64,000 nucleotides of DNA, taken from an uncultured delta proteobacterium (GTDB lineage: Bacteria > Desulfobacterota > Binatia > Binatales > Binataceae). The notes beneath the pieces are model-generated. The model saw only the letters and a list, made by a program, of their open reading frames with translations, was not told where the DNA came from and searched no databases. Position numbers and translations under genes: made by a program. The stretch covers positions 1,728,001 to 1,792,000 of the forward strand of contig CAWJET010000001.1 in the NCBI GenBank assembly GCA_963842085.1. The letters are read 5' to 3'. Positions 9,640 through 18,279 of this stretch are shown piece by piece. Within the stretch, counting starts at the first letter, position 1; every line of letters starts with the position of its first letter.

Positions 9640-10338
9640 GTGCGAAACGGACCCCTGGTTCATCGACGCGCCCACTCATCGCGATTTGCCTACGGCGCGC
9701 CGTCGCCATTGGAGCGTCTCCAATCACTGTCGGTGTTCGGCAGCCCGCGGACGTTTTCGCGCCCGGCGCGCACCGCCCCAACCGAGCCCGCGCCGTTGGA
9801 GACGCAGCGTTTGCAGCTCGGTAGCCGCCTGCCGATCAACCTGCGTCACTTCCTGGCCGAGCAACTGGGGACCTCGATGCGGATCGAGGACGACTCCATC
9901 GTCGCGCTCGAGCCGCGCTCGAATGAAACGCTGATGCGCGAGCTGGCGCGCGCGATTCGCCGTTTTTCCGCCGAGCGCGCGCGCGAAGCATGGTGTGAAT
10001 GCGCGATGGGCCTTGATCGTCTCGAGCGCGAGTTCTTCGCCGCGCCCAGCGACGACCGCGGACCGGTAGTGCTGTGCCTGCGATGCTCGTGCGTGGGCGC
10101 CGGTCCTCTCGATCAGCACTGCGGTAGCAGATGCCTGCCGGTCCACCTGGGCGCCGAGGTGCGGGCGCAGCAGCTCGAAGGCAAGTGCGTCGATGGGACG
10201 CTGACGCCCGACGCGTTGCACCGCGCGGTCGAGAATTTCCGCCTCCACCGCGCAGAAGGCGGTCTGCCTCATTATGATTTGGACTGCTACGTCGCAGGCG
10301 GGCAGGTGATTTTCACCTGGCGCCCTCTACCGGCGTAG
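9640..10338 (+). CDS. hypothetical Cys-rich protein
   Basis: GGAGG RBS before GTG; GC-biased codon usage; several Cys (CEC, CLRCSC, HCGSRC). Confidence 0.6.
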   Translation: MRNGPLVHRRAHSSRFAYGAPSPLERLQSLSVFGSPRTFSRPARTAPTEPAPLETQRLQLGSRLPINLRHFLAEQLGTSMRIEDDSIVALEPRSNETLMRELARAIRRFSAERAREAWCECAMGLDRLEREFFAAPSDDRGPVVLCLRCSCVGAGPLDQHCGSRCLPVHLGAEVRAQQLEGKCVDGTLTPDALHRAVENFRLHRAEGGLPHYDLDCYVAGGQVIFTWRPLPA

Positions 10339-10344
10339 TTTACA

Positions 10345-10468
10345 TCGCGGGCAGGAAGGGAAATTTTCAGCCGCTTGTCGGCACTCAAGCGGATTCACTG
10401 ACGTAACGAAGTCGCGGGCAGGAAGGGAAATTTTCGCCCGACTAACGGCACAAAAGCGGATTCACTGA
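10345..10468. repeat. two-copy tandem repeat (57-bp unit, 67-bp period) downstream of rpsU
   Basis: tcgcgggcaggaagggaaattttc-N10-cggcac-N2-aagcggattcactga at 10345 and 10412. Confidence 0.9.
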
Positions 10469-10474
10469 AAAGAG

Positions 10475-10672
10475 TTACATCGCCGAGGCGCGACGGCGGC
10501 GCTGCTCCTTGCGGCGGCGGCGCTGGGCCTCGGAACGCTTGCGTTTGCGGCGGACGCTGGGCTTCTCGTAAAAAGCCCGCTTCTTCATCTCTTTGAAAAC
10601 GCCCTCCTTGGCCAGCTTGCGTTTGAGCACTCGCATCGCCTGATCAAGAGAGCCTTCGACCCGAATTTCCAT
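10475..10672 (-). CDS. rpsU: 30S ribosomal protein bS21
   Basis: SLDQAMRVLKRKLAKEG..FYEKPSVRRKRK; GGAGG RBS. Confidence 0.97.
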   Translation of the reverse strand: MEIRVEGSLDQAMRVLKRKLAKEGVFKEMKKRAFYEKPSVRRKRKRSEAQRRRRKEQRRRRASAM

Positions 10673-10919
10673 AGTCCTCCGTCCGTCCGGTGTTTAGCCT
10701 ATCGAGGATAGGTCCGCCCCCGGTCAGAGTCAACCGGCGATTCCCGCAGGACCGCATACGTTTCATATAACAGGAGGCAGGGGTCACCCCTGCCGCGGGG
10801 GCCCGGGTCGAAGACCCCCGCATTCAATCGATCAGTGTGATGCGCTCTTCATGCGCATCGCGTACCTCTGGTAATGATCGGGGATTGCCGCTGCGCGGCG
10901 CGCGCAAAGGAGCTTCGAG

Positions 10920-11699
10920 ATGGATTTGGGTTTGACGGGAAAGGTCGCAATGGTGACGGGCGCCAGCCGCGGACTGGGCCGCGCAATGGCTCATGCGCTC
11001 GCAGACGAGGGGATGTACTTGAGCGTATGCGCGCGCACGCAGCAGACACTCACCGAAGCGGTCGCCGCGCTGACGCAGACCGGGTTGGCACCTCGGCCGG
11101 CGATGGGATTCGTCGGCGACGTGACCAAGACCGGCGATGCGCAAAGGTGGGTCGACGAGACAGTGAAAAAATTCGGCGGAATCGACGTGCTCGTCAACAA
11201 CGCGGGCGCGGCGCGGCCGGGCGCGCTCGCGGAAATCCCCGAGTCGGCATGGCAGGAGCAATTCGATCTGAACCTGTTCGCGCCCGTGCGGCTGGCGCGC
11301 CTGTGCGCCGCCCACATGGAAAAGCGCGGCGGCGGCTCGATCATCAATATCGGTTCGATCTACGGGCGCGAGTCGGGCGGACCGCTGACCTACAACGCGT
11401 CGAAGGCGGCGCTGCATTCGTTCAGCAAGATGCTCGCGCGCGAATACGCGCCGAAAAATATTCGCGTCAACACGGTAGCACCGGGGTCGATACTCACGCC
11501 GGGCGGAAACTGGGAGCGGCGCTTTCGCGAGAATCCGGCCTTCGAGAAGGATTTCATCAGCCACGAGATGCCGGCCGGGCGCCTGGGCCGTCCCGACGAA
11601 GTCGCGTATGCAGTCGTGATGCTCGCGTCGCCGCGCGCGAGCTGGATTACGGGCGCCAATATTCCGGTGGACGGCGCGCAGGGACGCTCGATCCTCTGA
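10920..11699 (+). CDS. SDR-family oxidoreductase
   Basis: TGASRGLG, NNAG, YNASK, PVDG. Confidence 0.95.
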   Translation: MDLGLTGKVAMVTGASRGLGRAMAHALADEGMYLSVCARTQQTLTEAVAALTQTGLAPRPAMGFVGDVTKTGDAQRWVDETVKKFGGIDVLVNNAGAARPGALAEIPESAWQEQFDLNLFAPVRLARLCAAHMEKRGGGSIINIGSIYGRESGGPLTYNASKAALHSFSKMLAREYAPKNIRVNTVAPGSILTPGGNWERRFRENPAFEKDFISHEMPAGRLGRPDEVAYAVVMLASPRASWITGANIPVDGAQGRSIL

Positions 11700-12802
11700 T
11701 GATGCGGCCGCGCTCTTTTCACTGGTCCCTGCTGGCGATTGCGGCCCTTTCGATCATCGGATGCAGCGCGCCGCTGCCGAGCACCGAACTTCCGCCCGCA
11801 CGGTACATCCAGCCGGTCCCGGAGTTTCCCGAGTTTCACGACTACCGCGGAATCATTGACCTGCCGATCAAAACGACAGGGATGGATCAATCTGGAATCG
11901 CGGACCTTGCGAGGACGGCGCAAATCGATTTCATTTTTCTTGCCGATCGCGTCCAGCCGGGTGATACCGACTTCGGCATCGGCGGATTCACCAACGACAT
12001 TCTTTTCATTCCGGGCGGAGCGTTCGACGTCGGCGGCAGCCGGATTATCGCGGTGAACGTTCACGATCCGATCAAGCCGAACCTCGCGCCCAACGATTTG
12101 ATTGCGGCGATTCACGACCGGGGCGGGCTTGCAATCGCAGCCGACCCGGCGAAGTTCGAGTCGTCGGCCGACTACGCGCTCGCGGATGCGATGGAAGTTT
12201 ACAACCAGCGCTCGGCGTGGCTCGCGCAAAATCCCGCCGCGCTCTACTTGCGCGCGATTTTTTTCGGCACCGATCATTTTCTGACAGGACTCGACCTTCG
12301 CCCCGAGGCGAACCTCGCGCTCTACGATCGAATGACGACGGGAGCGCGGCTGTCGATGCTCGCGGGGATGGGCGCGCCCGATAACCTGAGCGTGCTCGGC
12401 GCGAAGGTCGGTACGCTGCCGCAACTCTTTCTGTTCTGCACCACCCATCTGCTCGCGCGCTCGCGCGACGCGGCGCCGCTGCTCGAGGCCCTCCGTCTCG
12501 GACATTCGTACGCGAGCTTCGACTATCTCGGCTATGTGGGCGCGTTCGCGTTTTTCGCACGCCTGGGAGACACGATGGCAATGATGGGCGACGAAGTGCA
12601 TCTGGCGCCGGGACTGACGCTCAAGGCCGAACTGCCCGCGCCGGCAGATCGAATCGTTATGTATCAGAACGGCGCTGAAGTGGCGGCGGCCGAGAATGCG
12701 ACGACGCTCGAGTTCGCGCCGAAGTCCCCGGGCGCGTACCGAATCGAAGCCTATCGCAGCGGCAAGCTATGGATCATGTCGAATCCCTTGTACGTACGCT
12801 GA
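11699..12802 (+). CDS. lipoprotein with PHP-like (CehA/McbA-type) fold
   Basis: Start overlaps the SDR stop (TGATG); lipobox IIGC; AMEVYN and C-terminal GAYRIEAY..WIMSNPLYV typical of this family. Confidence 0.7.
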   Translation: MMRPRSFHWSLLAIAALSIIGCSAPLPSTELPPARYIQPVPEFPEFHDYRGIIDLPIKTTGMDQSGIADLARTAQIDFIFLADRVQPGDTDFGIGGFTNDILFIPGGAFDVGGSRIIAVNVHDPIKPNLAPNDLIAAIHDRGGLAIAADPAKFESSADYALADAMEVYNQRSAWLAQNPAALYLRAIFFGTDHFLTGLDLRPEANLALYDRMTTGARLSMLAGMGAPDNLSVLGAKVGTLPQLFLFCTTHLLARSRDAAPLLEALRLGHSYASFDYLGYVGAFAFFARLGDTMAMMGDEVHLAPGLTLKAELPAPADRIVMYQNGAEVAAAENATTLEFAPKSPGAYRIEAYRSGKLWIMSNPLYVR

Positions 12803-12941
12803 GCCTGGGCGAGGCGCGCCAGCGTGCGAGACCCCTGCGGCCGGCCGCCTCTCCCGTGAAAAAAACGGGCGAGGTAAGAGTCGCGCCCGCGCCACCGCCC
12901 CTGCTTGTTCAAATTTCGCGGGCGGGTTACTTACTTGAGTC

Positions 12942-13817
12942 ATGGATATTGGAAAAATTGGAATCTGGTTCTTTCTCGACGCGATGACCGCGCCGGACAG
13001 CGCCGAGTTCGCCCGGCAGGTCGAGAAGAATGGCTACAAGGCTCTGTGGATTCCCGAGGCGGTCGGCCGCGAGCCGTTCGCGCACGCCGCGTATCTGCTC
13101 AGCCATACCGACCGGCTTTCGCTCGCCACCGGCATCGCGAATATCTGGGCGCGCGACGCCGTCACGATGGCGGCCGCGTCGAAGACTGTCGCCGAACTTT
13201 CCGGCGGCCGCTTTCTGCTCGGCATCGGCGTCAGTCACAAGCCGCTGGTCTCGAACCTGCGCGGCCACAGCTACGACAAGCCCTACAGTTACATGAAAGA
13301 GTATCTGCCGAAGATGAAGGGCGCGCTCTACCTGGCGCCGGCGCCCAAGGAGCCCGTGCCGGTGGTGCTCGCCGCGTTGCATCCCAAGATGCTCGCATTA
13401 TCGGCGGCCGAGGCGAACGGGACACACACCTACTTCGTGCCGCCCGAGCATACCGCCAAGGCACGCGCGCAAATCGGACCCAATGCGATGCTGTGCGCGG
13501 CGCAGGCCGTCATCCTCGAGACCGACGCCGTCAAGGCTCGCAAGGCGGCGCGCGAGTACATGAAGACCTATGTTCCGCGCCTGCCCAACTACACCAACAA
13601 CCTGAAAGCGCTCGGATGGGCCGACAAGGAATTCGAAAACGGATGCTCGGATCGGCTGGTTGACGCGATCGTGGCGTGGGGTACCGAGGACAAGATTCGC
13701 GATCGCATCGACGCGCACCTGAAAGCCGGCGCCTCTCACGTCTGCGTCCTGCCGCTCCGCGCCGACGGTGCGCCACAGCCCGATATGCGCGCAGTCCAGG
13801 CGTTCGCGCAGCGCTGA
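12942..13817 (+). CDS. LLM-class (probably F420-dependent) oxidoreductase
   Basis: ALWIPEAVGREPF, ATGIANIWARD, GRFLLGIGVSH. Confidence 0.9.
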   Translation: MDIGKIGIWFFLDAMTAPDSAEFARQVEKNGYKALWIPEAVGREPFAHAAYLLSHTDRLSLATGIANIWARDAVTMAAASKTVAELSGGRFLLGIGVSHKPLVSNLRGHSYDKPYSYMKEYLPKMKGALYLAPAPKEPVPVVLAALHPKMLALSAAEANGTHTYFVPPEHTAKARAQIGPNAMLCAAQAVILETDAVKARKAAREYMKTYVPRLPNYTNNLKALGWADKEFENGCSDRLVDAIVAWGTEDKIRDRIDAHLKAGASHVCVLPLRADGAPQPDMRAVQAFAQR

Positions 13818-13827
13818 GCAGTTGTCG

Positions 13828-14223
13828 ATGCGCCAATTTTTTTCCGCGTTGCCCCTGGTCGTCCTCGCAATCACACTCGGCGGATGCGCGTCACACAACG
13901 AGCAGCAGGCGGAGCAGGCCGAAGCTGCGGCCGCCAAGGCTCAGCAGGCTGCCGAACACGCCGAACAATCCGCGGCCCAGGCGCAAATCGCCGCAGACAA
14001 AGCGACCGAGGCCGCGAACAGAGCGACCGTGGCGGTGCAGGATGCGACCAGGGAAATCAACCGCGTCGCCGACCATCTCGATCGAATGGAACGTGAGCGC
14101 GAAGCGGCCACGCACGGGCGGCGGCTCTCGCACGTGACCAAGGCGGTGAAGAAGGCCGCGACGGAGAGGGCCGCTGCCCCGTCGGGATCGCCCGCGGCGG
14201 CTCCATCGCCTTCGACGAAATAG
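13828..14223 (+). CDS. alanine-zipper (OprI/Lpp-like) lipoprotein
   Basis: Lipobox LGGC followed by Ala/Gln heptad-like repeats. Confidence 0.75.
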   Translation: MRQFFSALPLVVLAITLGGCASHNEQQAEQAEAAAAKAQQAAEHAEQSAAQAQIAADKATEAANRATVAVQDATREINRVADHLDRMEREREAATHGRRLSHVTKAVKKAATERAAAPSGSPAAAPSPSTK

Positions 14224-14242
14224 TGCGCGACGGTCGAACGCA

Positions 14243-15262
14243 GTGGCTGAGCCAATCAAATCGCAACCAGCCCGCACACCGACCGAAGCCGACATTCGCG
14301 CCGAAAATCTCGCTCCGCAAGTCCGCCGCCACGCCTGGATCAATATCGCGGGCCCGCTCGCCGCAGTCTTTCTCGGAATTTTCGCCGCTGCGATGTACCT
14401 GCGGCCGGTCGACGTCCTGCGATGGATTCAGATCTCGCGGCTGGGATGGTCGGGCGTGACGCAGAACGAGCTTGCGCTGAAGGACGGCCTGATCACTTAT
14501 CTCATCACCGGCGGTTACTCGGAGGAGGAACCGGTCGTGATGATCCACGGGCTCGGCCCAAATGCCGCGCTGGTATGGCGCGGGATCATGCCGCCGGTGG
14601 CAGACGCGCACTACAAGGTGATCGCGCCCAACCTACCCGGTTTCGCCTCGTCGGATCACAAGCAGGTCAACTATTCGATCGCGTACCAGGCCGAAGCCGT
14701 CGCGCAGATGATCGACGAGTTGAAGCTCGACCACGTCAACCTGGTCGGCAACGATCTCGGCGCGGACATCGCGCTCTACTACGCCGTCGAGCATCCCGAC
14801 AAAGTCGAGAGGATGGTCCTGGTGTCGGGCGGCCTGGTGGGTGCGCGCGGCGCTGAAAAACTTCGCATGGGGATGCTGCCGACGACGCCCGAGGCGATCC
14901 GCGCACAGGTCGAGGCAAGCTTCTTCGATTTGCCGCCGATGCCCGACTTCATATACCAGCGCATGATGGGGGAACTGAGCGGCGACCTGCAGGCCGAGAC
15001 CGACATGATCAATTCCGTTCCGCGTGACGAGGCGCACATCCGCTCAAAACTGGGCCAGGTCTTCAACACACTGACGATCATAATGTGGGGCGCGAAAAAC
15101 CCGTACTTCTCGAAGGCCGAAGGCGAGGCGCTGCACGCGGCGATGCCCGGTTCGGCAACGGTGGTCTTCAAAACGTCGGGCGCCTACCCGCAACTCGAGC
15201 ATCCCGACGATTTCGCCGAGTCGCTAATCTTCGTAATCAAGCAGGAAGAAGGCGGCCGCTAA
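14243..15262 (+). CDS. membrane-anchored alpha/beta hydrolase-fold protein
   Basis: N-terminal TM helix, VMIHGLG, APNLPGF, elbow GNDLG. Confidence 0.85.
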   Translation: MAEPIKSQPARTPTEADIRAENLAPQVRRHAWINIAGPLAAVFLGIFAAAMYLRPVDVLRWIQISRLGWSGVTQNELALKDGLITYLITGGYSEEEPVVMIHGLGPNAALVWRGIMPPVADAHYKVIAPNLPGFASSDHKQVNYSIAYQAEAVAQMIDELKLDHVNLVGNDLGADIALYYAVEHPDKVERMVLVSGGLVGARGAEKLRMGMLPTTPEAIRAQVEASFFDLPPMPDFIYQRMMGELSGDLQAETDMINSVPRDEAHIRSKLGQVFNTLTIIMWGAKNPYFSKAEGEALHAAMPGSATVVFKTSGAYPQLEHPDDFAESLIFVIKQEEGGR

Positions 15263-15310
15263 CTGTCTGGCGCCTCACACGTTATTTGCACGTTATTTGA
15301 TGGTAGAGGT

Positions 15311-16333
15311 TCAGGGCAGGCTTTTGCGCGCCGCGCAGTGGCCATCCGTCGGATCAAGCTTGCCCTCCGACCATACTCGATCCCAATGCAGCGGTCTCGT
15401 ATCCCGCTGATCGTAAGGGGGCACTCGGACACATCGGCAGTTGGCATCCTTGAGCGGCACGTTCATCACCAGGTACTCGGTGACCACGGACTGTTCGAGT
15501 GCCTGCGCGGCGTTAAGGGGAACGTTTCCTCCCTTGCTTACGAGGTAACTGTCTTCGACTGAGTAGCCCAGGCCGGAAAAGGCTGGTCCTATCCCGTACA
15601 GATCATAGAGAACGTTGGCGCCCGTAGTGCTGCCCGTGGCCAGGAAGGGGGTGCCCGTAAATTGAAAAATAGCCGCACCAGTATTGACAGCGTTCTGCAA
15701 CACCAGTGGCACCGCAGTGTTTTTCTGGTCGGAGAAAGCCCGGGAGGCGCAGTAAACCCGTTGGTCAACCGGATAGGTGGAATCGAGATCGGGTGTGGGG
15801 CAATCGGCCGGCGTGTATCCCATCAAGTCCGCCAGATCCGAAGTTGCGAACACGAATATATTCGGCCAGCTGGCCACTCTCGGCTGCACTTGGCTTAAGT
15901 CCGAAGGTTTGCAACGCATTGCTACCAGGTCGTTACTACTCGGATTGGGATCATCGCTGCCCACAAAGTGCGCGTCGTCTATCGCCGGCAGCGGTGGCTG
16001 GTACAGTACGGAAGCGCTCATGAACGCGCGAGCCTGGACGAGTTTGACCTGGTAAACTTTGTCCGTCCTTCCGATGTTGGTCACCGGGGCGGCTTTGCTG
16101 GTGAACAACACTCGGGTGAAATCGTGGGTGACAGCAAGGCCGCTAGTGGGATCGGAGCTGCGGGTGTTGTCGACTACCGTCGCGGGCGCCGGCGGCGCTG
16201 CCCGCGCCGTACCAAGCGCGCCAGCGGCGATAAACATGGCCAACAGCGTGGTCGCCGCACGCCCGGTGCCGGCGTGCCGCCGAGCGGTTCGGGACTTACA
16301 ACCACCACTCAGCTTTCCTCCCGATGTCTTCAC
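15311..16333 (-). CDS. secreted hypothetical protein
   Basis: AAGGGG RBS before GTG at 16333; signal peptide ending ARA; six Cys in the mature part; codon usage looks atypical. Confidence 0.7.
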   Translation of the reverse strand: MKTSGGKLSGGCKSRTARRHAGTGRAATTLLAMFIAAGALGTARAAPPAPATVVDNTRSSDPTSGLAVTHDFTRVLFTSKAAPVTNIGRTDKVYQVKLVQARAFMSASVLYQPPLPAIDDAHFVGSDDPNPSSNDLVAMRCKPSDLSQVQPRVASWPNIFVFATSDLADLMGYTPADCPTPDLDSTYPVDQRVYCASRAFSDQKNTAVPLVLQNAVNTGAAIFQFTGTPFLATGSTTGANVLYDLYGIGPAFSGLGYSVEDSYLVSKGGNVPLNAAQALEQSVVTEYLVMNVPLKDANCRCVRVPPYDQRDTRPLHWDRVWSEGKLDPTDGHCAARKSLP

Positions 16334-16671
16334 GGTTTCCCCCTTGAGAAATGTGCAACTGGCTAAGCAACCATTGGACCATCCACAAAGCCTCGGGAAG
16401 GGTTGAAGAAGCGCTCCAAACAGGGACCCGAAAAGTGGCGGAATCGCCACCTGAGTGTCGCAGTCGCAGCGTGAGTCATGGCGATGCTGGCGAGCAGACT
16501 CAGCCACCGATTTGGGTCATTTCACATTGCCGGGGATGCGACCGCCGGAGGCGAGTAAAAGGGGTTGAAGCGTGCGGGGGCCGCCCCCTGCTAATGGCTG
16601 CGGCTTGCGTGGCGCGCAGTCGTCTGCGATAAGCGAGTCTGAAAATTTAGACCCGCGAGGAATCGACTACG

Positions 16672-17318
16672 ATGAAGCTCTACAATTTGAATCTCTCCAA
16701 CTTTGCCACCAAGTCCCGGCTCGTGATCTACGAAAAGGGACTCAACATCGAAATGGCGCCGATTCCCGGCGGCGATCTCCACTCGCCCGAATACGCGAAG
16801 GTCAATCCGCTCGGCAAAACCCCGGCGCTCGACGCCGACGGCCTGCTTATTCCCGAGTCCGAGGTCATCAACGAGTACCTCGAAGACAAGTACCCCACTC
16901 CGCCGCTGCTGCCCAAGAGCGCCGAGGGCCGCGCCAAAGTGCGAATTCTGACGCGATTCCACGACCTCTACCTCGAGCCACCGCTGCGCGCGCTGTTCGG
17001 CCAGATGAATCCGAAGACTCGCGACGAAAAAGTCTCGGCGAGAAGGTGACCGACCTCAAAAATCGCCTCGACCAGCTTGAGAAGATGCTCGCTGATGGAG
17101 GTTTCGCGTGCGGCTCCGACTTCACGCTCGCCGATTGCGCGCTCGCGCCCACGATGTTCTTCGTGACCAACCTGGGGCCCGCCTTCGGCGTCAAAGCGCT
17201 GGAAGGACACCCGAAACTCACGGCGTGGTGGACTCACGTCCAGACGCGCCCGTCGGTAAAGAAGGGCCTCGGCGAGATGGCCGAAGCGCTGGCCGCGATG
17301 CAGCGCGGCGGGCGTTGA
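16672..17318 (+). CDS. glutathione S-transferase with apparent 1-nt deletion near 17034
   Basis: N-domain (NPLGKTPAL..ESEVINEYL) in 16672..17049; C-domain (FTLADCALAP..PKLTAWW..RPSV) in the -1 frame ending at 17318. Confidence 0.85.
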
Positions 17319-17339
17319 GGATCGCAAGGACAACAGTCG

Positions 17340-18101
17340 ATGTCTTATCTCGATCGCGACGGCGTGTGCATCTACTACGAACAGCGCGGCGCCGGGCCCG
17401 CCGTTCTGCTCTCGCACGGCTACAGCGCCAGCGCGCGCATGTGGCAAGGTCAAATGGATGCGCTGTCGGACCGCTACCACCTGATCGCCTGGGACATGCG
17501 CGGCCACGACCGTTCCGACTCGCCCGACGATCCGGCGCTCTACTCGCACGAAGCGACCATCGCCGATATGGCCGCGGTGCTCGATGCTTGCGGCGCGAAC
17601 CGCGCCGTCATAGCAGGCTTGTCGCTGGGCGGGTTCATGTCGCTGGCGTTTCACCTGGCGCATCCCGCCCGCACGACGGCGCTGATACTGTTCGACACCG
17701 GTCCAGGCTACAGGAAAGACGATGGGCGCGCGGCATGGAACCGGCTCGCGGACAACATGGCAGTGGCTTACGAGAAGAAGGGACTCGCGGCGGCCGGCAC
17801 CGGCGCCGAAGTGAGCGTCGCGCACCATCGCAGCGCGCAAGGGCTGGCGCATGCGGCGCGCGGGATGCTGGCGCAGAAAGACGGCCGCGTGATCGAGTCG
17901 CTTGCGTCAATCGCGGTACCGACGCTGGTGCTGGTCGGCGAAAATGACCAGCAGTTCCGGCCGTCGGCGGATTACATGGCGGCAAAGATTCCCGGCGCGG
18001 AGAAAGTGATCCTCGAGCGCGCGGGCCATGCCGCCAATATCGATCAGCCTGCCGCGTTCAACGCCGCCGTACGCGCATTCCTCGAGCGCGCGACTGCCTA
18101 G
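17340..18101 (+). CDS. alpha/beta hydrolase
   Basis: LSHGY, WDMRGH, GLSLGG nucleophile elbow, AGHAANID catalytic His. Confidence 0.92.
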   Translation: MSYLDRDGVCIYYEQRGAGPAVLLSHGYSASARMWQGQMDALSDRYHLIAWDMRGHDRSDSPDDPALYSHEATIADMAAVLDACGANRAVIAGLSLGGFMSLAFHLAHPARTTALILFDTGPGYRKDDGRAAWNRLADNMAVAYEKKGLAAAGTGAEVSVAHHRSAQGLAHAARGMLAQKDGRVIESLASIAVPTLVLVGENDQQFRPSADYMAAKIPGAEKVILERAGHAANIDQPAAFNAAVRAFLERATA

Positions 18102-18279
18102 CCGCATCGCCAAAATCGGTTCGCCAAGTTTTCGCCGCCCTGCTGGAGAACAGCGCCGCAAATCGGCATTATGTAGGTGGGGGCCGATAATCGTTCCCGG
18201 TCAAATTAGCGACAAGTCTGCAGACCTGATTTGATCATGTGGGAAACTGCTCCGAGATTGCTTTAGGACTGACGTTAGC

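Noticed and set aside
10345-10468. Possible mini-CRISPR array
   Set aside because: Only two units, the variable parts are short and partly conserved, and no cas genes are present.
10771-10827. Fifth copy of repeat family A upstream of rpsU
   Set aside because: It shares only ggcagggg..cccctgcc and a cattcaa end, and lacks the GTGAAACCC hairpin; too diverged to assert.
10874-11698. N-terminal half of the 642-aa ORF 10874..12802
   Set aside because: Arg-rich shadow frame over the SDR gene; the real gene starts at 11699 with a lipoprotein signal.
17024-17033. Programmed -1 frameshift at GAAAAAG in the GST gene
   Set aside because: The in-frame codons GAA AAA do not form a canonical X XXY YYZ slip site, and GST recoding has no precedent I know of.
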